In this document: piece after piece, positions 39,521-52,519 of the stretch | How the letters are laid out: each line of letters starts with the position of its first letter | How positions within the stretch are numbered: the stretch's first letter is position 1 | Assembly (NCBI GenBank): GCA_963693055.1 | Contig: OY843751.1 | Span: 6,176,001-6,240,000, forward strand | From: a bacterium | GTDB lineage: Bacteria; Zhuqueibacterota; Zhuqueibacteria; Residuimicrobiales; Krinioviventaceae | Reading direction: 5' to 3' | Length of the DNA stretch: 64,000 nucleotides | Notes under the pieces: model-generated | Told to the model about the DNA's origin: nothing | The model's input: only the letters and a program-made list of their open reading frames with translations | Database searches by the model: none | Made by a program: the position numbers and the translations under genes

Positions 39521-39746
39521 TATTTCCTCACAGGGTTATGGGTGATTTGTAAATTACAAAAACTGTAAGAGAGGAACAACTGAAAATAATGTTAATATCA
39601 CAGATCGGAAGAGATAATCTTCGGTATGCTCAAATTTCAAAATTCACATATTAATCCTGAAAGTTTCTTTTTCCGGGCATAAAAATTGCGATTCATTATT
39701 TTAACTGTTTTACAAACATTTTTTAAAAAAAGGGCTCGGAATTATT

Positions 39747-40139
39747 ATGCAAGTCTATGATAGTGAATCAGCAACGGTAATCGTATATCCTGAAAAAAAG
39801 ATAGTTTACCATGAAATTCATAAATATATTTCCGACCAGGAATTCAGAACCGTACTGTCTATCGGAGCTGATAACTTTATTAAATTCAATTGCACCAAAT
39901 GGTTAGCAAATGACCGAAATATTAGTTCAACCTATGTTGAGGATATAGGCTGGTATGTTGAACATTGGGAATCGAGAATCATAAACGCTGGCTGGAAATA
40001 TTGGGCGGTAGTTATGCCTGAAATGGTAACCGTACAAATGTTTGTATCCAAATTCATCAACAAATACAAGTCTATGGGAATTCATGTCAGAGCTTTTAGC
40101 GATGTTGATAAAGCTATGACATGGCTTGAAGAAAGATAA
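39747..40139 (+). CDS. Hypothetical SpoIIAA/STAS-like small protein
   Basis: KWLANDR, GWKYWAVVMP, FSDVDKAMTWL pattern. Confidence 0.65.
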   Translation: MQVYDSESATVIVYPEKKIVYHEIHKYISDQEFRTVLSIGADNFIKFNCTKWLANDRNISSTYVEDIGWYVEHWESRIINAGWKYWAVVMPEMVTVQMFVSKFINKYKSMGIHVRAFSDVDKAMTWLEER

Positions 40140-40162
40140 TTTCAAAGCAAAGTTTCACTGTA

Positions 40163-40190
40163 CGTAACGGAGATTATCTCCGTCAAGTTC
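40163..40190. repeat. REP-like palindrome family A, copy 4 (degenerate)
   Basis: cgtaacggagattatctccgtcaagttc. Confidence 0.7.
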
Positions 40191-40390
40191 CTTTTATCAT
40201 ATCGAATTATTGATATATCAAGAGAGGGAAATTAGAGTGCAGTCCAATAATTAACCACTTTTTCTGGACTGTACTCCAATTCTCTCCATCCATTCACTTC
40301 TTTTATTGCATCAAACCTCCCGGTTTAATATATTCTAAATATCGTCAAAACTCACAATTCATATCAACACATAACCCCGGGAAAATCTAT

Positions 40391-43117
40391 ATGAAAAACA
40401 TCATGATGGTTCTGAGTCTTTTGTTGCTGCCTGTCATGCTGCTGGCAGGCATTACACCTACACAGCTCACCTGCGAATATCTCAATGGCATGCCCCTTGT
40501 TGACATTGCCAAACCCCGACTTGCGTGGGTCAATATTGCAGACAAGAACGAGCGCGGTCAGAAACAAACCGCCTGGCAGGTGCGCGTGGCAACATCCCCC
40601 GATCTGCTGGAATCTCCCGATCTGTGGGACAGCGGCAAGATCGAATCCCCGCTGAGCAATCGCATCGAATATGATGGCAAGACTCTGCAATCCCGCCAGG
40701 AGTGCTGGTGGCAGGTGCGTGTCTGGGATCGTAACGATAAAGCTTCAAAATGGAGCAAACCCAGCGCATGGCGCATGGGACTATTGGATCCCTCCGAGTG
40801 GCAGGCCCAATGGATTGGCGCACCCTGGCAGGGAGAAGAAGCACTGCCATTACCCGGTCGTGGTGAAACACCCACACCGCCTCCCGCGCCTCTGCTGCGC
40901 AAGTCCTTTCAGGTCAACAAACCCATCAAAAACGCGGTGGCGTTTGTAACCGGACTCGGTTATTTTGAATTATACATGAACGGTGAAAAGATCGGCAATG
41001 ATGTGCTGGTACCCAACCAGACTAATTACGGTAAACGTCCCGGACTAACTGAGCGCAGCATCGCGATTCAGGATAATTTCCGTCGTTACAAGGTCCTGTA
41101 TCTGGCTTATGATGTAAGCGACCAATTCAAAACCGGTGAGAATGTGATTGGCGGTATTTTGGGTAACGGATTTTATAATCCGGCCAAAGGATGGACCGAG
41201 GCTTACGGCACGCCGCGCTTTCTCTGTCAGCTTTATATCACCTATGAGGACGGATCGCAAGAGATCATTGTCAGTGATGGTTCATGGAAAGCAGACAAGA
41301 GTCCCATTCTTTATGACATGGTCTATTACGGCGAGCATTACGATGCCCGTAAAGAGCAACCCGGCTGGTGCGCGCCCGGCTTTGACGACGCCAAATGGCA
41401 AAAAGTCGCCTTGCGCAACGCACCCGAAGGCGAGCTGGCAGCACATACTTCCAGACCCGACCGTATTACCGAAGAGCTTAAACCTGTTAGCATTGAAAAA
41501 CGCGATGACGGCACCTGGCATGTGGATTTTGGTGTAGAGATTTCGGGCTGGCTGCGCATCAACAATGTCAAGGCACCGGCAGGCCACAAGGTAGAATTTA
41601 ACTTTATCAGCAGTGATTATTCCGGGGACAACTCGTATACCTTTCGCGGAGAGGGTGCCGAGACCTATCATGCCCGTTTCAACTGGTTTGTGTTCAAAGA
41701 AGTGGATATAATAAACTGGCCGGGCAAGCTCAAAACCAAACACCTCACCGCGCTCATGGTCAATACACCAGCACCGGTAAGCGCGGAATTTGAAACCTCG
41801 AATCCTCTGTTCAACGACATTAACCGCATCTGGCGACGCAGCCAGATCGACAATATGCATGGCGGCTTGGCCAGCGATTGTCCGCACCGCGAACGCTCCG
41901 GTTACACTGGCGACGGTCAGGTTGCGTGTCCCATGGTCATGCAAAATTACGACGCCCGAAGCTTTTATTACAAATGGGTACAAGACATGCTTGAAGCACA
42001 AAATCCCGAAACAGGGCATGTTCCTAATGGCGCGCCCTGGCAGCCGGGTTGTGGTGGTGGTATTGCCTGGGGAGCAGCGATTTGTGTGATTCCCTGGGAA
42101 TTTTATGAGCAATATGGATCGCTGGATATGTTGAGCGACAATTACGAGGGCATGAAAGGCTATGTGGGTTATATGCAAAAATGGACCGACAGCCAGGGAG
42201 TTATGTACAGTCAGCGCGCCGGCAAAAACGGTATTCCTCTAAAATGGTTCAACCTGGGCGACTGGGTCCCACCCGGTAAAATGATGCCCGATGAACAGGT
42301 GCACACTTTTTATCTCTGGTTCTGCAGCAATGTTACTGCAAAAACCGCAAAAGAATTGGGTAAAACCGAAGAAGCAGAAAAATATGCACAGATTGCGGAA
42401 AATACCAAAAAAGCGTATCATCAACGATTTTACAATGCGGAAACCGGCAGTTACGGCAACTATGGCGGTAATGTGCTGGCACTGTACATGGGCGTTCCGG
42501 ATGAACAGTATGATAATGTCACCGCCGCGTTAAAAGCCAATATTGCCGCAAACGACAATCATCTCGATACCGGTATCATTGGGACACGGTTCCTGTTTGA
42601 AGTGCTTGCAAACAATGGCATGCACGATCTGGCATACAAGGTATTGAACCAGCGTACCGAACCCAGCTTTGGCTGGTGGCTGGAACTGGGTGCTACCACA
42701 ACCCGTGAACAGTGGAACAGCAAAAATTCGCAGAACCACCCCATGTTTGGCGGTGGACTGGTATGGTTTTATCGCAATCTGGCGGGTATGAACGCCGATG
42801 CTGAGCAACCGGGCTACCGTCATATTCTGTTCAAACCCCAGCCGCTGGATGAGCTGGATTATGTAAGCTATTCCAACAATACACCTTATGGCAAGGCCGG
42901 TATCTCCTGGAAACAGTCCGAAAAACAATTCGAAATGGATGTGACCGTACCGGTTGGCTGTACGGCAACCGTTTGTGTGCCCGACAAAAACGGTCAATCC
43001 TTAGCGCAAAACGACAAAATCCACCAATCCTCACCTTTTATCACCTATGTAGAGCACAAGGATGGTTACACGGTATATACCGTAGAGAGCGGTGAATATC
43101 AGTTCAAGGTGAAATAA
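40391..43117 (+). CDS. GH78 alpha-L-rhamnosidase
   Basis: LWDSGK, GLGYFEL, GEHYDAR, DCPHRERSGYTGD, LGDWVPP, GATTTREQW, SQNHPMFG. Confidence 0.93.
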   Translation: MKNIMMVLSLLLLPVMLLAGITPTQLTCEYLNGMPLVDIAKPRLAWVNIADKNERGQKQTAWQVRVATSPDLLESPDLWDSGKIESPLSNRIEYDGKTLQSRQECWWQVRVWDRNDKASKWSKPSAWRMGLLDPSEWQAQWIGAPWQGEEALPLPGRGETPTPPPAPLLRKSFQVNKPIKNAVAFVTGLGYFELYMNGEKIGNDVLVPNQTNYGKRPGLTERSIAIQDNFRRYKVLYLAYDVSDQFKTGENVIGGILGNGFYNPAKGWTEAYGTPRFLCQLYITYEDGSQEIIVSDGSWKADKSPILYDMVYYGEHYDARKEQPGWCAPGFDDAKWQKVALRNAPEGELAAHTSRPDRITEELKPVSIEKRDDGTWHVDFGVEISGWLRINNVKAPAGHKVEFNFISSDYSGDNSYTFRGEGAETYHARFNWFVFKEVDIINWPGKLKTKHLTALMVNTPAPVSAEFETSNPLFNDINRIWRRSQIDNMHGGLASDCPHRERSGYTGDGQVACPMVMQNYDARSFYYKWVQDMLEAQNPETGHVPNGAPWQPGCGGGIAWGAAICVIPWEFYEQYGSLDMLSDNYEGMKGYVGYMQKWTDSQGVMYSQRAGKNGIPLKWFNLGDWVPPGKMMPDEQVHTFYLWFCSNVTAKTAKELGKTEEAEKYAQIAENTKKAYHQRFYNAETGSYGNYGGNVLALYMGVPDEQYDNVTAALKANIAANDNHLDTGIIGTRFLFEVLANNGMHDLAYKVLNQRTEPSFGWWLELGATTTREQWNSKNSQNHPMFGGGLVWFYRNLAGMNADAEQPGYRHILFKPQPLDELDYVSYSNNTPYGKAGISWKQSEKQFEMDVTVPVGCTATVCVPDKNGQSLAQNDKIHQSSPFITYVEHKDGYTVYTVESGEYQFKVK

Positions 43118-43305
43118 CTGTCGGTTCCTGAGTACGAATGCGCCCTGGCGCATGAGTGTATCGAAGGAACGATAGTTTTAAAAAAGTATATTGCCGGTTG
43201 CAGAGCAGGCCAGTTCGACGAATGTCGGACTGGCCGTATAAAAGCACCGGATGGGTATCCATTTCAACGCAGAGCCGCAGAGTACTCGGAGTTTTAGCCC
43301 CCCCA

Positions 43306-43335
43306 GATCGTGACAGAGATGATCTCTGTTACGAG
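43306..43335. repeat. REP-like palindrome family A, copy 5 (within an extended direct repeat at 43266-43335)
   Basis: gatcgtgacagagatgatctctgttacgag. Confidence 0.85.
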
Positions 43336-43385
43336 TAATTTAAATATAGAATTGAAAAAAAATAACATTTAATAATGGAAAACAG

Positions 43386-44816
43386 GAGACTGTAAACTTT
43401 TTTGTGTAAATGAATAGTAGTGCTATATTTGGATTTTCATCCTGTCTTTAAATATAATAGAAAATTGAGAAACAACAAAGGCCCAGTTTCTGATGGGCTG
43501 CGACCATTTTTTAGCAATATCCCTGTAGGCCAGAAACAGCATTTTTTTCAACGCATCATCGTGGGGGAACAGAGATTTGGTTTTAGTGACTTTGCGAAGC
43601 TGTCGGTGCAGAGCCTCTACACTATTTGTGGTATAGATCATTCGCCGAATTTCTTCGGGATATTTAAAATAGTTGGACAGGTTGTCCCAGTTTTTTCTCC
43701 AGGAATTGATAACAATGGGATATTTGACCCCCCATTTTTGTTCAAGGCGATCCAGTTGCAGTTCAGCGTTTTCTTTAGTTGTGCTTTGATAAACCAGCTT
43801 CAGATCTTTGATAAATTCTTTTTGATGTTTTGATGCAACATAACGAAGCGAGTTACGGATTTGATGGATGATACAAAGCTGGACTTCAGTATCGGGAAAA
43901 ATGCTGGCAATAGCATCCGGAAAGCCTTTCAGCCCATCTACGCATGCAATCAGAATATCTTCAACCCCACGGTTTCGTATATCGGTTAAAACAGACAGCC
44001 AGAAATTGGCGCCCTCGGACTGGTCGATCCAAATACCAAGTAAATCCTTAAAGCCTTCACCATTGATTCCCAGTACAGTATAGGCGGCCTTGTTTATAAT
44101 ACGCCCTTCGTCACGTATCTTATAGTGGATAGCATCCAAATAAACAATAGGATAAACGCTATCCAACGGTCTTGACTGCCATTCAACGACAAGCTCGCGT
44201 ACCCGTTCGGTAACATTGGAAATAAATGTTGGGGAAGCGTCCAGGCCGTAAAGTGTTTCCAGGTGGTCTTTGATGTCTCTTGTACTCAGACCTTTGGCAT
44301 ATAAGGCAACGATAATTTCATCTATTTTGCCCAGATCACGCTGGTGCTTTTTGACAAGTACCGGGTCAAATTCTCCATTCCGATCACGGGGGATTTTGAT
44401 GTCAATTTCACCAAAATCTGTCTTCACTGTTTTGCTGCTGTGACCGTTTCTACTATTGCCACTGTTATCACCTTCTGAAGAATGTCTCTCATAGCCCAAG
44501 TGCTGGGTCATTTCAGCTTCCATAATTTGGTCTGATATGCCCTTAATCAAATTCTTGACCAGACCATTTTTGCCCAGCAGATCGTCTGCTGTCTTGCAAT
44601 TTTCAAAATCTTTTTCAAGTTGTTTAATAATTTCAGGTGTAAGTTTCATTGGTAAATTCTCCTGTATTTAATAAAATGTAATATTTGTTTTTAAAACACA
44701 AGCGAATTTACAGTCCCTTGGAAAAGTGTGTGCAAATCAATCAGCGATCGAAATTCAATAACCCTACGGGTTATTGAACCCTTGTTCATGATTTACACAA
44801 AAATCTTTACACTTCC
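43386..44816 (-). mobile_element. IS256-family insertion sequence
   Basis: IRs gagactgtaaacttttttgtgtaaat / atttacacaaaaatctttacacttcc; 8-bp target duplication GAAAACAG at 43378-43385 and 44817-44824. Confidence 0.9.
43423..44649 (-). CDS. IS256-family (Mutator) transposase
   Basis: NSRNG, PRDRNGEF, YPIVYLDAI, DGLKGF, QLCIIHQIRNS, IYTTNSVE. Confidence 0.95.
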   Translation of the reverse strand: MKLTPEIIKQLEKDFENCKTADDLLGKNGLVKNLIKGISDQIMEAEMTQHLGYERHSSEGDNSGNSRNGHSSKTVKTDFGEIDIKIPRDRNGEFDPVLVKKHQRDLGKIDEIIVALYAKGLSTRDIKDHLETLYGLDASPTFISNVTERVRELVVEWQSRPLDSVYPIVYLDAIHYKIRDEGRIINKAAYTVLGINGEGFKDLLGIWIDQSEGANFWLSVLTDIRNRGVEDILIACVDGLKGFPDAIASIFPDTEVQLCIIHQIRNSLRYVASKHQKEFIKDLKLVYQSTTKENAELQLDRLEQKWGVKYPIVINSWRKNWDNLSNYFKYPEEIRRMIYTTNSVEALHRQLRKVTKTKSLFPHDDALKKMLFLAYRDIAKKWSQPIRNWAFVVSQFSIIFKDRMKIQI

Positions 44817-44987
44817 GAAAACAGCGGTTAGCGATTTATAAATGTTGTAAATGAATCAATGGAAATGTGTACTAAAAATTAACTATAATATTAATTTTGG
44901 AAAAAATTAAACTCAAGATTATACTTAATATACTAATAAAAATTGAAGTGAGAGCAAGCAATGTAGCAATCTGAATTGCATTATCAG

Positions 44988-46445
44988 TGTAATGCTTATC
45001 TTTGAATTTGAGAAATGGGCCAAAATTATTAAATTAGATAAAACAGAACAAAGGAGGCCCATTGAGTACCCGACAACGATTTACAGCCGAAGCCAAAGTA
45101 CAGATACTACGTGAACATTTGGAAAATAATGTCAAGATATCCGAATTAGCTGAAAAATATAAAGTTCATCCTGGTGTGATCCAGCGATGGAAAAAAGAAC
45201 TCTTTGAAAACGCACTTGATGGTTTTTCCGGCCAGCATAAAAATCGTAAAGATAAAACCCGCAAAGAAGAACAACTTGAGCATAAAGTGATCAAAATGCA
45301 GGAAGTGATTACCGAGCTGTCAACAGAGGTGATTGATTTGCGAAAAAAGTATTTTGGGGCCCCCTGAAAGATCGTTGGGTAGCCCCTGACATACGCGATG
45401 ACATTATCACTACATTTGACCGGTTAAAAACACAAACCCATGTGCCAGTTAACACCTTGCTCAACGCGGCAGGATTATCGTGGGCCAGGTACCATGACTG
45501 GCAAAAACGATTTGGACAACCCAATAGGCACAACAGCGATACGCCGCGCGACTTTTGGCTTGAGCCGTGGGAAAAACAGGCGATAATTGATTACAAAAAA
45601 GATCACATGGAAACCGGATATAGACGTTTAACCTATGAGATGCTGGATAACGACATTGTTGCCGTCAGCCCGTCAACAAGCTACAGGATATTGCGTCTGG
45701 CAGGCTTGACAAGTCGTTGGAATAACAAGACCTTAGAGGTAAAACGGAAAGGATTCGTGCAGCCAAAGAAACCTCATGAGCACTGGCACATGGACATATC
45801 CTATGTCAACTTTCATGGATCACACCTGTTTTTGATCTCTGTACTTGACGGATATTCCCGCTTTATTGTGCACCATGAGCTCAGAACACATATGCAGGAA
45901 TACGATGTGGAGATCGTACTTCAACGGGCTCTGGAAAAATATCCGGACAAGACACCAAGGATCATTTCAGATAATGGCACCCAGTTCATTGCCAACGATT
46001 TTAAATCCTTTTTGAGATTGAACAATCTGACACATGTACGAACATCGGTCAATCATCCACAAGCAAATGGAAAACAGGAAGCATTCCACAAGACAATCAA
46101 AAATGAATGTATTCGTGTTAAAAGCTTTCTGGGTTTGGAGGATGCGAGAAAAATAGTTGCTGAATATGTTCATGAATATAACCATAAACGACTGCATAGC
46201 GGCATAAACTATATCGCTCCGTATGATATGTTATGTGGCCGGGCTGAAATCATTTTCAAAGAACGTGATTTGAAACTTGAACAAGCACGACAAAGACGAA
46301 AGGAAAAGGCACAACTTGAACGAAAAGCAGCTTAGAGTTTTTTTTCGAATCCCTTCTCACAAGTGTTGGAAGGGTGAGGAGAAAAAACTCGGACTATAAC
46401 TTATTTTAAAGTGGCCTTTTCTCAAATTTTCCTTGAACCATTACA
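44988..46445 (+). mobile_element. IS3-family insertion sequence
   Basis: TG...CA ends (tgtaatg...tttgagaaatgggcca / tggccttttctcaaa...cattaca); 4-bp target duplication TCAG. Confidence 0.9.
45062..46335 (+). CDS. IS3 transposase OrfA/OrfB joined by a -1 programmed frameshift
   Basis: OrfA HTH (45062-45367); slippery site A AAA AAG at 45343-45349 followed by a ggggc...gcccc stem; OrfB WHMDISY, SDNGTQF, NGKQEAFH, YNHKRLHS. Confidence 0.9.
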
Positions 46446-46944
46446 TCAGGGTGTTTAAAAAGATAATATATTCTGATAAAAATATCACAATTACATACTT
46501 TTGTTATACTCAAGCTGTATTTAACATTCTCAGGGTTATTTCCCTTGTTAACGTTATAGTAACTTGTATTAATGCCTAGTTTAGCACGATAATAATCAGA
46601 AATGACAACATAATCATCTTTTTCTGCTTCACGAATAAATACTGTTTTATCACAATTATTATTGTCTTTTTTACTATTACAACATTCTTTATCGTCGATA
46701 TAACCATCTTTTAGTTTGTGATTATATCTTCTTAAAAAATTATCATCAATAATTCGACAGACTGTATATATTTTTTTACCTGTCTCTTCTACTTCAATCT
46801 TTACAAGATCTCTTGAATTGTATTCTTTACTTGATGATTCAGGAACCCAAACCCAACCAGAATTTGATTCATCATGTAATGATGCTAATACGTAAAAATT
46901 TTTTGACATAATAAATCCAATATAAATCATTATTAAACAATCTC

Positions 46945-48630
46945 TTACCAAATCTCTAATGCTTTTTTTGCTAGTTCCTTTTGCCGATCGTTCATTTCTT
47001 TTTTCCGCCACTTGTCATAAGAATTGAGTTGTTGTGTCATTTTTACACTGGACTTTGAGTAATATTTGTTTTTTTTCTGAAGGAATGTACCATTCGTAAC
47101 ATTCAAACTTTTACTTAATAAAGTGAGATTACCTAAGCGATTTAAATATACTTTTTGATATTTTTTAACATGTTTCCATCCGTGCTCTGGTAATGTTTGA
47201 GGCATTATATGTTCAACGTTAACCTGCTTTGGATTGTCGGTAACAGGTGCTGCTCTACCGGATAAAAACAGTTCTATTTTATATAGAATATAGAAACTCG
47301 TATTCTTATTTGGAGAGACATAGGTGGAAAAACTTTGCTCAAATATTTTGTCATCAGGCATTGAAGTTCGCAATTCTTGTATTAATAAATCAATTTTAAT
47401 TTTAGGGTTTAGTCTAATTTCTTTTGAAGACTTTATCAATAATAAAACAACATCGTTAGGGATCTTTTGATTACAAATAAGCATTCTGAAAAAAAACTTT
47501 TCTAAAAAACTTACTAATTTTTGTTGCAATTTACGAACCTCAGGATCTGTCTTTTCTTCTGTAAATGAAAAAAGTGATAAAAGAACTGGATAACACTGCT
47601 TGGCTTTAAACAAAGATAACGCTTCTAATGAATTTTGAATTTTTTCATTATTTTTCCAGGTACTAAACTTCTTTGGGTAAGCAATTCGAACATAAAGTTT
47701 CAAATAATGGTTCATTTCTTTCATATATTCAGAGATATTAACATTATCTGTTTCAATATCTCGTTTGAGGGTTTTATATAGATTGCCTTCTACAACTCTT
47801 GAATTACGAAAAGACCAATAATATTTTAAAAATTCGGTATATGACAATCTGTTTTTTTCTATCAATTCAAGATTCTCTTTCCATATTGCTTCCACATCTG
47901 TTAGAGATTCCTGATCATCAGCTTTAGCAAAAACGATACTTTTCAATAAATCTTCAACTTTGAGTGATGCTCCCCTATAATTCAATGTTTCAAATAGTAT
48001 TGTTTCAGAATAATTATTATTAGCATAAATAACAACAAAATAAATACTATCACTAACAAAATGAAATAATCTATTCAAAAATCTATATTTATCTGATAGA
48101 GTCGTAAAACGTTCTAACTCTTTTGACATCTTTTGTGATAAATTTTTAAAAACATTATTACGCAAAAAATCATTGGCCCTAAAACGTTTATCTTGTAGAG
48201 TCGAATAAGGCTTTCGAAGGTATTCTTTGAAAATTTTTTGATATTGTTCATGTGGTAATAAAAATAGTCTGTTTTGGTTATTCCATAAATATTTTTGGGT
48301 ATCATTGATTAAACTTTGAATATTATTGTTTAATTGAATATCTTTTGTTTCAAAACTGATTAACACATTTCTAATAATACTTATTAAAGAGACAACAACT
48401 GTCAACCTTTGTTGACCATCAAAAATATTGTAATGATAATTGTTTTCACCAGCCTGTAAAACAAGTGAACCCAAAAAATGCTTTCTGTTAAACTCTATTG
48501 CCTCTGTAATATCATCCCAAAAATCGTTTACATGTTCCTTTCTCCATGCAAATGCTCGTTGAAATTTTGGGACATGAAAATAATTTCCATTAAAAAGTTC
48601 TTCAAAAGTATAAGTTTGTGTTTTAATCAT
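46945..48630 (-). CDS. DUF262-DUF1524 (GmrSD-like type IV modification-dependent restriction) protein
   Basis: VPKFQRAFAW, FLGSLV, DGQQRLT, FETLNYRG; C-terminal HNH-like VEHIMPQ...LGNLTLL. Confidence 0.9.
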   Translation of the reverse strand: MIKTQTYTFEELFNGNYFHVPKFQRAFAWRKEHVNDFWDDITEAIEFNRKHFLGSLVLQAGENNYHYNIFDGQQRLTVVVSLISIIRNVLISFETKDIQLNNNIQSLINDTQKYLWNNQNRLFLLPHEQYQKIFKEYLRKPYSTLQDKRFRANDFLRNNVFKNLSQKMSKELERFTTLSDKYRFLNRLFHFVSDSIYFVVIYANNNYSETILFETLNYRGASLKVEDLLKSIVFAKADDQESLTDVEAIWKENLELIEKNRLSYTEFLKYYWSFRNSRVVEGNLYKTLKRDIETDNVNISEYMKEMNHYLKLYVRIAYPKKFSTWKNNEKIQNSLEALSLFKAKQCYPVLLSLFSFTEEKTDPEVRKLQQKLVSFLEKFFFRMLICNQKIPNDVVLLLIKSSKEIRLNPKIKIDLLIQELRTSMPDDKIFEQSFSTYVSPNKNTSFYILYKIELFLSGRAAPVTDNPKQVNVEHIMPQTLPEHGWKHVKKYQKVYLNRLGNLTLLSKSLNVTNGTFLQKKNKYYSKSSVKMTQQLNSYDKWRKKEMNDRQKELAKKALEIW

Positions 48631-48890
48631 TAAATGAAACCCCTGTTTTAATTACAATATAATACTTGATGAATTTTAAAAAGGACAACAAATTAAAAAT
48701 AACTTGTTACTCTATTTCCCAAATTGAATTGTACTACATAATAAATCAATTGATATACTTCCCGCCCAGAGAATCCCACCGTATTATATATTAATACTAA
48801 TTATTACAGAATATTGCAACCTAAATATAAAGATTAGATTTACCCTGTACTTTAATGAAAAACGCAGAGCGCAAGTTTTTAGCACCCCCT

Positions 48891-48921
48891 GATCGTGACA
48901 GAGATTATCTCTGTCATGATC
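48891..48921. repeat. REP-like palindrome family A, copy 6 (within an extended direct repeat at 48861-48921)
   Basis: gatcgtgacagagattatctctgtcatgatc. Confidence 0.85.
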
Positions 48922-49070
48922 AAAAATCCTTTATTCGTGCTGATCAGTGTTATTCGTGGGCAGCAACCTGCTGATTTTAGAGGGAAATCTTTTGAATAGT
49001 TTTGCATAATTTTAAAAACCTAATTTTTTCATTATTCCATTGTTTTTTTCAGCAAATATCATTTCCTTAA

Positions 49071-52346
<3,276 letters not shown>

Positions 52347-52359
52347 ATCATGATCAACA

Positions 52360-52388
52360 TCCGGGAGCTGTTTTATATAGCTCCCGGA
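52360..52388 (+). terminator. Hairpin after the GH2 gene
   Basis: tccgggagct...agctcccgga 10-bp stem; no U-tail visible. Confidence 0.55.
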
Positions 52389-52519
52389 GATGATTCCGGA
52401 TCCAACAATTTGTTTTCACGCCTCCATACTCTTCTTGTGCTGCCTAAAAAAATTACATTGTATTAATCGCAGAAGATAACTAACTTGATTTTTAAAATAG
52501 TAAATCAAATTCAATATAA

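Larger units (their letters stand above)
44872..46909 (-). pseudogene. Hypothetical membrane-anchored protein interrupted by the IS3 element
   Basis: Removing 44988-46445 and one TCAG restores ...YYLFKHPD-NAIQIATLLALTSIFISILSIILSLIFSKINIIVNF-stop in frame. Confidence 0.8.

Noticed and set aside
41282-42178. 298-aa minus-strand ORF and similar long antisense ORFs in GH78/GH2/SSS genes
   Set aside because: Shadows of GC-richer coding genes with no recognisable motifs
46406-47011. 201-aa ORF as listed in the track
   Set aside because: The N-terminus overlaps the GmrSD-like gene and the C-terminus reads into the IS3 end; the real gene starts near 46909 and continues beyond the IS
24378-48921. 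Palindrome family A as integron attC sites
   Set aside because: No RYYYAAC/GTTRRRY cores, too short, no integrase, and enclosed genes are not co-oriented single cassettes
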